Of a stretch of DNA of 64,000 bases, positions 1-11,676 are shown in pieces. Position 1 is the stretch's first letter; the number at the start of each line of letters is the position of its first letter. A program made the translations under genes and the position numbers. Origin of the DNA: Chlorokybus atmophyticus (lineage: Eukaryota; Plantae; Mesostigma and Chlorokybus algae); assembly GCA_009103225.1 (NCBI GenBank), contig RHPI01002069.1, positions 2,628,846 to 2,692,845 on the forward strand, read 5' to 3'. Under the pieces are notes generated by a model. The model ran no database searches. It worked only from the letters and a program-made list of their open reading frames with translations, and was not told where the DNA came from.

Positions 1-1
1 C

Positions 2-1279
2 TGTTGTCGCATTCAGAGCAGTCTTGCACGGTGTGGGCGTGGGCAGTTCCATCCCCTGGCCGCTGTAGAGGAGGCAGACCATCGACCGTTGGACAGCGCA
101 CTGCATCGGCTGCGGAACGCAGTTAAGTTGGGATGCGAGCAGCTGATAGGTGTGAGTATCATGGTGCATTGGCCGCTGGATGGGGAATGGTATGCGGGCG
201 TCGTGGAATCATTCAAGCAAGTGTCAGGTCAGCATCGCTTCGTGGCGTGCGAGATTGAGGACGCATCATATATGCATGGTGCAATGGAAAATGTCTTTGC
301 AGGGCAGCACCGTATAGTATTCGATGACGGTGATCGACCACAAACCATCAACTTCAAAGGGCACAACGTATTCGCGTACACATCAGTTGACGGGGCACGC
401 CATGTTCTGCGCGCCGGAGGGGAGAACGTCAGTCGCAAAGTAAGCCCGGACGGCATCATTGTTAGTCCCTGGCCAGCACCACGGCCAGCCTTGACCACAT
501 ACACGCCATTTGACAACAAGCTGGGACGCACACGCAGACCAAGGGCACTCGACCTATTCTGCGGCGGTGGCGGTGCCAGTGTCGGTCTATACCACGCAGG
601 CTTTGACGTGACCGGGATGGACATAAGTCCCTCCTCTGAGTTTCCGCTGCCCTTCATACACCGCGATGTATGCACCCTGAGTGCAGGAGAGCTGAGCGAG
701 TACGAGCTCATCTGGGCCAGTCCACCATGCCAGGCCTATTCAGGTGCTATCCCGGCACCTCAACGGGCGGCACATGGCACATCCTGGAGACACCAGGATA
801 TGATACCGCTCGTCCGACGTCTGCTGCTTGCAAGCCAGGTCAAGTTTGTGATTGAGAATGTGCCAGGAGCAGCTTCCTCATTCAGACCCAATCTGTCCCT
901 TTGTGGCACGATGTTTGGCCTATCAACTTTCCGACACCGTCTGTTTGAGACACAGCCAGTGGTAGCTACCCCACCAGCACGCTGCTCGCACGCGGGCAAG
1001 GCAGTTGGACTGCTATCGCCGCACCTGTCCGCTAGCGCGAAGAAGACAATCGTGACATCAAACGCGCCACAGCAGATGTACCCGGTCTATGGCCTTCCAA
1101 GCACCAGGGGCGGCATTGCTGCGTGGCAAACAGCGCTGGGAGTGCCATGGATGACCTCGGCCGTTTCCATAGCGAATGCAGTTCCTCCCGCAATGGCGGA
1201 GTGCATAGGGCGTCTCATGCTTGAAACAATGGATATGCGCTGTGACTACCCTCCTGTGTCATGGAACTATGAGGCTTGA
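2..1279 (+). CDS. Tudor-domain C5 DNA cytosine methyltransferase (transposon cargo; 5'-partial; probable in-frame intron 228-302)
   Basis: Motif I LDLFCGGGG, motif IV SPPCQ, motif VI ENV, motif VIII RHRLF and motif X IANAVPPAMAECIG are present. The N-terminal IGVSIMVHWPLDGEWYAGVVESF..QHRIVFDDGD resembles MSH6/PDS5-type Tudor domains once the 75-nt GT..AG intron is removed. The frame is open from base 2. Confidence 0.9.
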   Translation, partial: CCRIQSSLARCGRGQFHPLAAVEEADHRPLDSALHRLRNAVKLGCEQLIGVSIMVHWPLDGEWYAGVVESFKQVSGQHRFVACEIEDASYMHGAMENVFAGQHRIVFDDGDRPQTINFKGHNVFAYTSVDGARHVLRAGGENVSRKVSPDGIIVSPWPAPRPALTTYTPFDNKLGRTRRPRALDLFCGGGGASVGLYHAGFDVTGMDISPSSEFPLPFIHRDVCTLSAGELSEYELIWASPPCQAYSGAIPAPQRAAHGTSWRHQDMIPLVRRLLLASQVKFVIENVPGAASSFRPNLSLCGTMFGLSTFRHRLFETQPVVATPPARCSHAGKAVGLLSPHLSASAKKTIVTSNAPQQMYPVYGLPSTRGGIAAWQTALGVPWMTSAVSIANAVPPAMAECIGRLMLETMDMRCDYPPVSWNYEA

Positions 1280-1482
1280 GTGTGGTGCACTGTATTGATG
1301 CTTAATGCCACACGGCGGACTGATTGTTGAATGTTGCATGGATCATTCGATTGTGGTAACAGTTGTGCAGTGACAGCTGCCCGGTATTGTACACGTCCAC
1401 ATGCAAAAGTCTTAGCATACGATTAGCAATGCCTAACTGACTGATATGCTCCAAACTCAGAGTAGTGAGACAAGTACATGTG

Positions 1483-4400
1483 TCACGTGGAAGTGCAGTG
1501 AACGTTCACCCAATACTTGCCCTCTTGTACACGGGCGCTGTCCTTGTCAAACATGGGGAGCAGCTGGACAATGCCTTTTACTTGCTCCAGAGTCACGACA
1601 TCGAGATGTGGACCGCCTCGACGCTTTTCCCATTCCAGAGCGATGCACTTTGTGTCGCTCGTCACATCCAGCTTCGTGTACCAGCGGACAAACACGACCT
1701 CCTTCCACACGCGCTCGCCGCTACCACCCCACACCACCACGCGCAGAAAAAGGAGTGCCTGAGCCCACCACGTCACGTTCACACCGTCCTCATCACCTTC
1801 CAACTCAAGTGTAGAGAACCAAGGCCGCCCATGGAACATCCCAGTTGCGCGCGCCATGCTGACTCCTGATGTCATGTACACTGCTGCGCCTCCGTTCACC
1901 ACGCGAACAGCATGCCACCCGTCGGCCAACTCCAGTTGTTCCCTCCTCAACCAGCTGTCCAGGGTGGCAGGCAGCTTGTCGGCAAATGGAGTCTTCAAGG
2001 CGACTTGGCGGCTACGCGCAGATCCGCTCCAGTACGGGCTGGACTCCCTCCTTGTCAGCACATCCATCCGTAGCAACTTGTCCGTCTTCTCCATGACATT
2101 ACAGCACTGCTGCCGCGCCTGCGCCATGACCGAGCGCATCTCGGGATCCACGACCATGCCATCCTCTCTCACATATTCCGCACAGCTCCATGCCTTCAGG
2201 ATACGTGCCTGGTAGTCCCGGTTGTTGCCACCACGCGCCCACCGTTTGATATTTTGGGCGTGCGTCTGCTCCATGCGGTTGGCGCTGAACCAATCTGGGT
2301 GTCCACTGCTGACAATTGCCGGCCCAAAATGAGTGAGCTGATGCATCTTCTCGATCTTCCAACCTGACTTCTGTGCAGAATATGACGACAGTAGCGGATG
2401 CAACACTGCAGCTTTGAAGGCAGCCAGCTCGTTGTCGGCTGTGGTCAGGGTCTCTCTTGTGTGTTCATGCGCCTTCAGCAACTTCTTGTTCCACTGGGCA
2501 AGCGATGCGGCAGCAATGGTGAAGAAATCGTTGCCCTCACTGTCGAGCAGCAAACCGTCTGCGAGGACCGGCAGCAGCTGCAGCACCGCCACTTTCTCCA
2601 CCACCTGAAAGGAGTGGTCGGACAGGAAGAAATCTACTGTGCTTGTGGGTGCCTTGAAGTGCGAAACCCGCAGAGTCGCCTTGCATGCATTCAGCCTGTG
2701 CACATCTGCTCGTGAGCACGTGTTGTTGGCTTTTGTGTTCAACACAAAAGCAACACCAAAGACGTGCCTGGCCTGCAGAATCTGTCTCGTGGATGGACGC
2801 ATTCGTTCCTTCGCGGCGTCGTACACAGCAGCAAGCAGGTGGTCAATGATGCCTCCCAGCACATGCATTGCGTCAGGGGCAAGACGAGAGTAGCAGTCAG
2901 CTCCCGGCACCCGCGACTGTCGCCAACCCCACAGTGCATTCTGTTGCCAAACCACATTGCCTGGTTTCACGGAAAGCCATTCATCCTCACGAATGCCGGT
3001 AATTTGACCATTACCTCCTCGACATGCATGGAGTGCTGCTCTTTGAAAGCCTTGGCTGTCTGGCGTGCATTCCTAACACCGCTATGCAGGTCCGCCCGCA
3101 GCTGACGTATTGCTGGTGTGTAGAAGGCCTCGGTTCTCAATTCCCGGTCCTCATCCATCTCCAACAGATCTGATTTGGTGACGAGACAAACATCGCAAGG
3201 ATGTCGTGTTTGGTTGCCCGACACAGTGCGTGCGAGTGTGGCAGTCTCCTACAACACGACAAACTCAGATGTTCTACTGACAACATCCTCCATGCACTGT
3301 TTGCTGGCGGGCTGCATCCGGTTACAACCATTCATGCCCACTACCTGCAAATCGCTGATGTAGTTGGCAAGCGCGGGAAACACACGACGCTCGATGCCAT
3401 TCGGGTCGATGAGCTGCAGACCTTCCCAACTCGCCCGCTTCACATCCCCTAACACTACATTCAAAGCGTCATGAAAAATCTCACGTTTCCGAATGGAGAA
3501 CGATTCCTTGCCCTGCGCCCAGGTGGGATGCCCGGCCACTGCGTGAACCACCGGCAGAAGCGCTATCATAACAACCCCCATGTTGCTAGCATACATGTCC
3601 CAACTGTAGTTGGCAAGCGATGCCATCAGAGGGTAGCCAGAGCGCTTGCCCGCGCTGTCCAGCGTGGTCTTGTCACTGTACAGAATGGCAGGCGCCAAGT
3701 AGGACGCTTCCCCCACCTCTCTCCTCAAATCCACCTCCACATCCTTCCACCAATCGCCCGTGGAAGGATGGCCAAAGCTGTGCTCGTCACCAGTGTACTG
3801 GAGATTGAAGCCATTGGCGGCATGTGGATTGCCATACAACCGCGCGAGCCATACCTGCTCCGACCAAGAGCATTACTTACTATGCTGGCCTCAGAATAGA
3901 TACTGCATCGATACTGCATTAGGTACTGCATTTCACAGACCTTGGCCGGCATATATGTGACGCAGATGTCCTGATCCTCAGGGTCTCCAGGCTTGCGCAG
4001 GTCAGCCGTCACGTAGTTCTGATACGGCAGCACACTCGCATGTGCATATGTGACATGGCTCTGATGGTTGAAGCACATGCACCGCACACCGTGAACACAC
4101 CTCAGACTGAGAGAAAGCAATCGTGGTCCGGAGGTAGCTGGCCGCATGCACACCGGTCTCCCACTGGAGCTCTTCCGTCAGGAAGTGTGCATTTCGGATG
4201 CACTTGATGATCCGCCCCATGTCGGAGGCCGACAGGCCTTGGCCGTTGTTGCACTGCACGAATGCCACTGCAAGAGCATGCTCCGAGCCATACCACCTGG
4301 ATTCCGACGCGTGCGAAGGGACGCCTCCACTTCCATGTTGGCGTGCCACAGGTTTCTCAGGCACACGCACACATCGAAAGCCCTCGTTCACTTCCTCCTC

Positions 4401-4625
4401 CTCCTGTTGCTGCTGTGCGTGTGTCTCCTGGAGGAATCCTTCAGCATCAAGCATGTGAGCATCCTGGATCGAACTCCCCGGTTCAACATGACCCGCATCG
4501 TACTGTAATGGACGCTGGCCGACATACAGCTTGATCTGCTTGCACACCCTGCTGCTAATAATGTGCATGTAGACCGAGCTGCGTGTGGCGAAGCGCATGT
4601 GGCAATACGGACAAAGGACTCCCAT
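1483..4625 (-). CDS. Plavaka-family transposase, 5 exons (4625-4101, 4018-3941, 3854-3345, 3248-3015, 2940-1483), 934 aa
   Basis: All four introns are GT-AG phase 0 and splice into one open frame. Features: N-terminal C2H2-like finger (CPYC..HIISSRVC), core GDWW..AILYSDKT..YPLMASLAN, HPCDVC, DAMHVLGG, KMHQLTHF, FSANRMEQTH, and a BAH-like C-terminus (VFVRWY..GIVQLLPMF). Confidence 0.85.
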
Positions 4626-4779
4626 ATCTCACTACTAACGTCGACACAGGTGTCGCCAATGTAACCTGCATCATATCCAGCAACACGCACACCCGCCGCC
4701 GCCGCCGCCGCCGCCACCGCCACCGCCACCGCTACCGCTACCGCTGCATGCCAGAGGCGGGAAACTTGGCCGCCAGTCA

Positions 4780-4985
4780 CTGGCTCCGTCGTACCATTAT
4801 AATGGTACGATCGAGCCATTGCACGTCCAGGGTGAGTCTCTGGATATATATATATACATATATATTCTGATTGAACCGTTTCAATGGTACGAAGATGCCT
4901 TTGCCCCAAGGTATAGGCATTATACAAAGGTACCATTGAAATGGTACCTTTGTACAATGGCAATGGCAGTTCGTACCATTGACAA
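4780..4985. promoter_or_regulatory. CGTACCAT/ATGGTACG palindrome array between the divergent transposase and accessory genes
   Basis: Palindromes CGTACCAT-tata-ATGGTACG (4790-4809) and GGTACCAT-tgaa-ATGGTACC (4929-4948) plus half-sites. The regulatory role is inferred from position only. Confidence 0.5.
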
Positions 4986-5140
4986 CTCTGGCAATGTCAG
5001 TCCCCCTGCGCATGAAAACACCATTGATAGCTCCGCCAAGCTATGCCCTTACAGGGGCGTGATGCCGAGGGTATGTGGCGTTTGGAAGATCGTTGGCGGC
5101 GCTGCCAGGGGCGTAGTGGGCATTGTGGTCGAGGTCCGGG

Positions 5141-5996
5141 ATGAATTCCATGTTCGCACAGGGCGGGCAGGGTGCCGGAGGGGTGTCCTCGGTGTCAAAC
5201 CCCACCAAGACTACCAAGGGCACATCCAATGACAACAGTGACTCGGGCGATATCTTACAGGGCTCCCCCTCCGAGTGGGCAAAGGCACACCACAATACTG
5301 CCTCTAAGAAAATCCGACCCACCAGCAGCTGCGACCACGGCGACATGATTGAAGGGACCAAACAAGACTGGCATAACCAAGGTGGGTTACGATGCACTGT
5401 CAATGCCACATGCTAGGGTTCTTTTATCTTGCACATGCACAGCCTCAAGTATCTTGCACTTGACATACATTGTCAATACGACATGCACACCCTCATGCAC
5501 AACCTCCAGTGTCATGCACATGAACAGCATGACCAATCTCGCAAATGCACAGCCTATTTCTACTTGCGGGAGCTCACAAGTCGCAAAAGAGAAGCTGCGG
5601 AGTCAAACGAACGGGTAATCTATGACCTAGTTTAATGTTTCCAGCGGTAATTAAGCAGTATGCTTGCAGATTGCCATGTTGGTCAGAGTGAACCAAGAGC
5701 AGCGCGGCAGGCTGACTGTCTGCCTGGCGGAGTGCAACAAAGCGGAAGACGAGGTAAGCGTGTGTATGCTGATGGGCTAGTCCTCTGGCAGCACGCCACT
5801 CTTACAGCATTACCAAATGCAGGTGGTCACTCTCAAAGCGACCATCAAGCGCATGCGCGTGCACGGCGAGGCGCTGACATTCAAGCTGAAGGACGAAGTA
5901 GCCGCTGTACTGTCAGCGAGCGAGGCAGCGGATGAAGATGACTCCGGCGTTGAAGCAGAAGACTCGTCGGAGGAGGAACAGGAGGAGGGGGTTTGA
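5141..5996 (+). CDS. Transposon accessory protein, coiled-coil with acidic tail, 4 exons (5141-5381, 5553-5614, 5670-5753, 5823-5996), 186 aa
   Basis: Three GT-AG introns give one open frame (AYFYLRELTSRKRE|IAMLVRVNQEQ..|VVTLKATIKRMR..EDSSEEEQEEGV*). The same structure is conserved in copy 2. Confidence 0.75.
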
Positions 5997-6149
5997 GGAG
6001 GAGTTCTGAGGCAGGCACCACGGGTTGACAAGCTGCGCATGAGTCCGACAGCTAGACTCAATGTTATAGGATAGTTTCATGCGCAAGTCGGCTGCTCAGT
6101 TGTAAGTGGACATACTCTCACCACTGCCCGTACATTGTATATATTGTAG

Positions 6150-6545
6150 GCTTTTAGGTGCAAGACCAAACAATCAGTCCAAGGTTTGTACAAGCTGCAT
6201 GGCATGTTAGTGTTGGCTTACGCCCAGAATTGCCAACTTTTGTCAAATGGCAAGGGTCACATATTAACAGCAGTGTAACGGCAAAGAAACTGCCGGCTAT
6301 TGCTGTCAGTTGTCCGTAACTACCGGTCAACGGCCGTCTGTGCACATCGACCAAAGGGTAACTGGTTGACAACTCTCGGCCGGTTAGTGCCACTGACAAC
6401 CACTTTCGGCCCGCGGCCGTCTGCGTCAGTCCACTTAAGCCAACGGCAAACCCAACAGTCCAAAAGTAATATTTCAGGCAGCAACAGGCAGGCTCAGGCA
6501 GGCTCAGGCACCAGTCAGTCCCTCAGTCCTTAGTCAGTCACCGTG
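6150..6545. repeat. Subterminal repeats of the Plavaka element
   Basis: Clustered GTCAGT/ACTGAC/GTTGAC/GTCAAC words and tandem AGGCTCAGGC next to the terminus; mirrored at 27152-27450. Confidence 0.55.
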
Positions 6546-6775
6546 TAAAATTTGCGACGAATTACCCCGCCAAGAGCATAAGATAGCGGAGGATAAGCAG
6601 TATGCTCTTGAAGGGGGTAGACTGTAACGGGAAGGTACATTGTTAAAACCACAAATCGACTATAAAAGCACCAAGTCTTCTATGGTCGAGTGGGCTGTGG
6701 TATTTAGCCTACAAACTGTACCGGCAGGCCAAATCCACTCACAGCGGGGCCCCCGGTACGTCTACGATTACATTT
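6546..6775. repeat. Fragment of a dispersed repeat family also present at 56225-56380
   Basis: The reverse complement of 6546-6626 aligns with 56283-56370 (TACAGTCTACCCCCT..AGCATACTG.TTAT..TGGCG.GGT). Confidence 0.55.
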
Positions 6776-8636
6776 ACCATTTGCACTCATGCAATGCACT
6801 CCATGGCCATAATTTGATTCATTCAGTGTACTACATCTTGAGCTCAACAATAGCAATAACAATGTGATACACGTCAAGCAATAGAGTGCGAGGAGTAGGG
6901 GTAGTTGTGCAAGCAAGCCGCACACGAGAATTGGTATTACGAAACGGGGCGCCGGGGGGGGGGGGGGNGGCACTAGCGCTGGGACTTATCATATCACATA
7001 GTATGCAACAAAGTCTGCTAGCACCAGGACCCTAAATGCACGCAGGTAGGGAACGGAGCAAGGGGTTACTAACATATGCGCAGCAGTCGCGGAGTCAAAC
7101 TAGGGTTTCCACAGAATTAAAAGACGGCAACGACAACAACCATGACGCCACGACTACCTAGGCCCCGCCGCTACAAGTAGGGCAGCCGCTTTGTGTATCT
7201 GCTGAGCACCACTCACAAAACGGCTGCAGCCCTTTCACACGTGTGTGGTGCAAGGCCCTCCGGCTACTGCGGCAGATGCCACTCTTGCTTAGCATGACGG
7301 GGTGTGCGTGTTGGGTTGTCAATAAAACCCAGCCAGGGAATTCTCTACGTGCAACACATACCACATAGCATGCACAACACAGCGCCGCCAGCGCCACACG
7401 CAACATAACAATAACACATACGCACCTTGAACACAACCTCCGGGCTGAACTATGTTCACCACCTACTTCTACATTTACTCTACCACTACAACTACCCCAC
7501 CCTCATCCCTTAAGTCATGCATGGCATGCACGACTGACAGTGTCAGTCGTGCATGCATGCAACCCTCGGAGGCAATCACATGCACATCGCCGCTAGCGTT
7601 AATGCCGACATCACCACCACCGGTTGTGACGACTACCAGCTGACTCCCCTCGTCGCCTCTCTCCCACCCTCCACCACCGTCATCTCTTCCCACCACACCG
7701 CCGTTGCTACCGACTGTCGTTCGTAGCGGCACTGCAGTCTTAGGGTATCGTCAGTCCGTACTACACATGCATGCATGCATGCCATCACACCTCCACCTCC
7801 ACTTGCCGGACTGACTCACCTTCTACTCTCCCTCCCTCCCTCGGTGCTCCACAGATTTGTCCTCTGCGTCCCTGCTGCTACCTGCCCACCGCATTGCACA
7901 TCATGCACATAGTGCATTAATGTAGCACTAGCGTAGGCCCTGGTGTGTAATAATTTCCGCGTCTCGTGCGTTTGCTTCTTGCTGTGTGTATGATGAGTGC
8001 ATGGCAGCATGGTTGCAAATTGACGTATACTCTATGCATGCTGACGTCATGTACTCCCTGCACGGCTGCGGCCATGTGTTGATTGTGTAATGTTGAGCAG
8101 GTACGTACGGTGGCAGCACTGACATCATACGCTTGTATGTCAATGATGATAGCGGGTAAATTTTACACATGTAACTGTTGCATCAGTCTGTTGTACAACA
8201 TGTTTCATTATGCTTTTGTATCAGCTATTTTATTGCAAAGCAATCAACTGTACAAAAGGCGCGTGTTTTAATATGATTTTGATGGTTGCATTGTTAGCCA
8301 CATTGGCTTCAGCTTTTTTATTCACATGCTGCATGTTAATTACCAGGCTCAAACCATCGTTGACGCGTGCTACATGTAATGTGCTGTCATATATTTTGCA
8401 GATAATATTATCATGAAATCCATCCATACTCATTGCAATGCACAGAGTACCATATTTGCAGGTTAGCCATGCCAGCGAAGCATATCAAGCCATACAATTG
8501 ACGCCATGTGAACCAAACGTCATATTCACGAATGACACAAAGCATCAGCGATATCACAATAGTGATCAAAAGCAATGAAGTGAAGACATCAGCACCTCCC
8601 ACATGCTAGCAACTCTACAGTAATTATAAACTACAA

Positions 8637-11012
8637 CTACGCATGGGACTTGCCTCGCAACTCTTGCGCGACTTTGTGCACCATCGACGACCATGAGAAT
8701 TGCGTGCGCGTGATGGGCAGCTTTCTTCGCAACTCCTGCTCATCATTTAACATTTAGCATCTCATCGTATGAAGAGCGTACAGAAATAAAGCCACATGTG
8801 GTACCACATGTTGTCCAACATGTGGGCTGATGTACCTTTGCTGTGACGTTTGGCAGCTCTGCCCACACCTCCTGACACAACATTACATGCTATTGATTGT
8901 GTGCCCCAACAACAACATAGAGCAGCTGTATGGTTGCACAATTCTGTGCGGGGGCTTAGGCAGGCGCGCACGCACGCTCGCACAGGCATGCACGCCCATG
9001 CGCGCACACACACACACACACAGAGATACACACGCACACGCAGTGCCAAGACATGACAGACCTCCAGTCCTGCGAGGTAAGAAGCTTCCGCATCGCGTAC
9101 GGCTGACACGATGGCTTCACCGGCTTGCTGCTCGCTCTGAAGCAAGCGTGTGTGTCATACGTGTTAAACACGATTCATCATTGCGTGGTTGTTGGCAATG
9201 CAGGAGTGGTCTTGATCACCTCTATCACAGCCGTCACCATGCACGCGTAATCGTTTCTGAGCCGCACGTTGCCCTCCTCAAAGTAATGCACATCAACCTG
9301 CACTTATATGTTACACAGAGCCACCAGTATGATACATATGTGGCTCCACGCTCAAAAAGGGTCGTTGTATGTCATCATGCAAACACTGGGCCAAACTTGT
9401 ATCTGTCACAGTATGATAGACCAGACTGCTGCAGTACCTTCAAACTTCCTTTCAACTCGGCTATTCGCTCATTTGGCCTGATACTTCCTTCCCAAACAGC
9501 TTGCCACTGGCCATTCCTGCAAAAAGCAATGATGTGCACAACAGTAACAATAACCATACAACTATGCGTGTGTGTTACGTACCAAAAGTTACGAGGGCTG
9601 AACTTTGCGCTTGCGAGGCACAGCGTGAGATGTATCGTTGTTGCATCGATGTCATCGTTGCAGGCATAGACAGCGCACTCGCCGTTGGAGTAGAACTGCT
9701 TGGCGTGCTTGCGCAATGCGGCCTCAATGGAAGCCCTGTTGACCATCACTGCTCGTCAACATGTACTCAACACATAATGAAGTGCGGAGTGGCAAGGTAC
9801 CATCTACTGTGGTGAATGCGACATCACTTTGCAACGATGACTGGGTGTTATTTGCCACAATGCATGACATAACGTGTGTGCGCACGCGTGTGAGTGGGTG
9901 TGTGCGTGCGTGCGTCCGTGCGTGCATGCGTGCTTGCATGTGTGCAATTTTCTTGCGTGTAAGGTTCTGCTGATGAGGGTGTTCTCTCGTCTGGCATCGC
10001 GTCCCGCACATCCGTGCAAATCTACACACAAAGGTCATCAACAGGCCCACACTCTCCCACCCCAACACCATCACAACAACAATGCTAGTACCACGTTCAT
10101 GAACATCATCATACCTGCTGGACGTGGTCGACAGTAATCACTCGCGATGCGCTCGGCTCAAAGTAGGTTTTGGCATCAAGCTCGCCGTGCTTGGCAATGA
10201 GGACCTGATGAGTTAATGAATAAGTGTGAACGGCGAGTGGGAGTAGATGCTATATTCAATAGTCAGCTTGCAGAAAGAGCACATATGACACTTGATGTGT
10301 GTGCATATTCGATTGCCTGAGCGTGCATGCGTGTGTGCGTGCTCGTGGATGTGCATGCCTGTGTGTGCGTGTGCCTGCATGCTTGCGCACGCAGAAGCAC
10401 AAGCGTATGCGTATGCGCCCAGGCCCACGCACATGCCTGTGCGCATGCGTGTATGCATGCGTGCATGTGTGCATGCGCGTGCCTGTGCACGCATGTGAAT
10501 AGACACACATGTGTCTGCAAGTGGACTCACAATGACACCGACCTTGTGTTCGAGTTCGGGCACTGCGATGGCACTCATTTGCGCGAGGTTGAACTCTCTG
10601 AATGCATCCTCGGCTGCGCTCACGTCCACGTTAAGAGCTCGCAGCGCTGCAAACACCACACACAACGAGTAAGTTGCTGTCAACACTACTTTTGGAGTAA
10701 TGTTCATGTTTTGCGGCTGATTGTTTACCTGGAGCGTACGTCTGTGAGCGTAGAATGACCCATTCACTCAGGCGTTGTGTTGAATCATGCAGCTCAACAT
10801 ATCCATTCGTTCATTCCAACATGCGTGCGTAACCCCCGCATTCAACACACAGTTGAAGAGAGTACACATTGGTGTGATATCTCATTATTCTGAACAAAGT
10901 AGTAGTTACCTTCAGCTACTTCGTGTACTTCTCCCGGCGGACTGTTTGCCAGAAACCGCCTCGCAATATCCAGCCTCCTCCTCGTCTCTTCATCTACAAC
11001 AACCGCTGCTGC

Positions 11013-11043
<31 letters not shown>

Positions 11044-11129
11044 TGGTCGGCATTGTCGTTGGCGGCGTTGTTAACGACGTCGATGTCTTCCTCAGTCTTG
11101 TCCTTGATCTCCTCCTCTCGGTCTTCCAT
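8637..11129 (-). CDS. CPA: F-actin capping protein subunit alpha (10 exons)
   Basis: Spliced peptides IARRFLANSPPGEVHEVAE, VLIAKHGELDAKTYFEP..VDHVQQ, SAKFSPRNFWNGQWQAVW, VDVHYFEEGNV and ELRRKLPITRTQFSW match CapZ-alpha, closest to the plant type. One GC-AG intron. Confidence 0.92.
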
Positions 11130-11676
11130 GAACCTAGCAGCAGCCCCTCTCTCTCTCCACCTAAGGTTGAGCGAGAGACTACTGAGCTCTGAACTAGAGC
11201 ATTGACCCTCTCAACCACGGAACTGGCTGGCGGCCTAGACGTCAGCAGCCCACAGGCTGTGTGGGCTGCTGACGTGTGCGCAGCGACGGCGTCAGCGACG
11301 ACGACAACAGTGACAATGACAGCCACAGCGACAGCGACAGCGACAGCGACAATTGCGCGGCAGCCTCTTTGAATTAGGCGGGAGAGGACGCTGGACAATG
11401 ACTGGGAGTCTATTGTTTGATTAATTCACTCGGGTGATTCATTGTCACGGTGATTCAAGTGGATCAGTGGGGTCGCATCGCGGCTTCAGTTCAATACAAC
11501 TCAATTCACGCTGGCTGTCCTCGCAGCTTTGCTGTTGTTTGCTGGTCCTCGTTGATGGCTGCGTTGCACGCACGCATTCATTCGCATGCGCCTTTGCTGT
11601 GGGCGGCGCGTTCACGAAAGTGACTCACAACTAGTCCTGTTGACTGTGTCTATTGTGTGTGTCAGCAAGCAGCACG

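Larger units (their letters stand above)
1..6545 (-). mobile_element. Plavaka/CMC-type DNA transposon, copy 1 (apparently intact; extends beyond the window start)
   Basis: Contains a Plavaka-like transposase, a C5-MTase and an accessory gene. The whole span is homologous in inverted orientation to 27152-33593. Homology stops abruptly at ...TCAGTCACCGTG (6545), which reads as a CACGGTGACTGA terminus on the minus strand. Confidence 0.85.

Noticed and set aside
7000-8600. Possible small host gene (splice-like sites; hydrophobic ORF 8411-8602)
   Set aside because: I could not build a consistent frame or recognise a domain. It may be UTR or non-coding.
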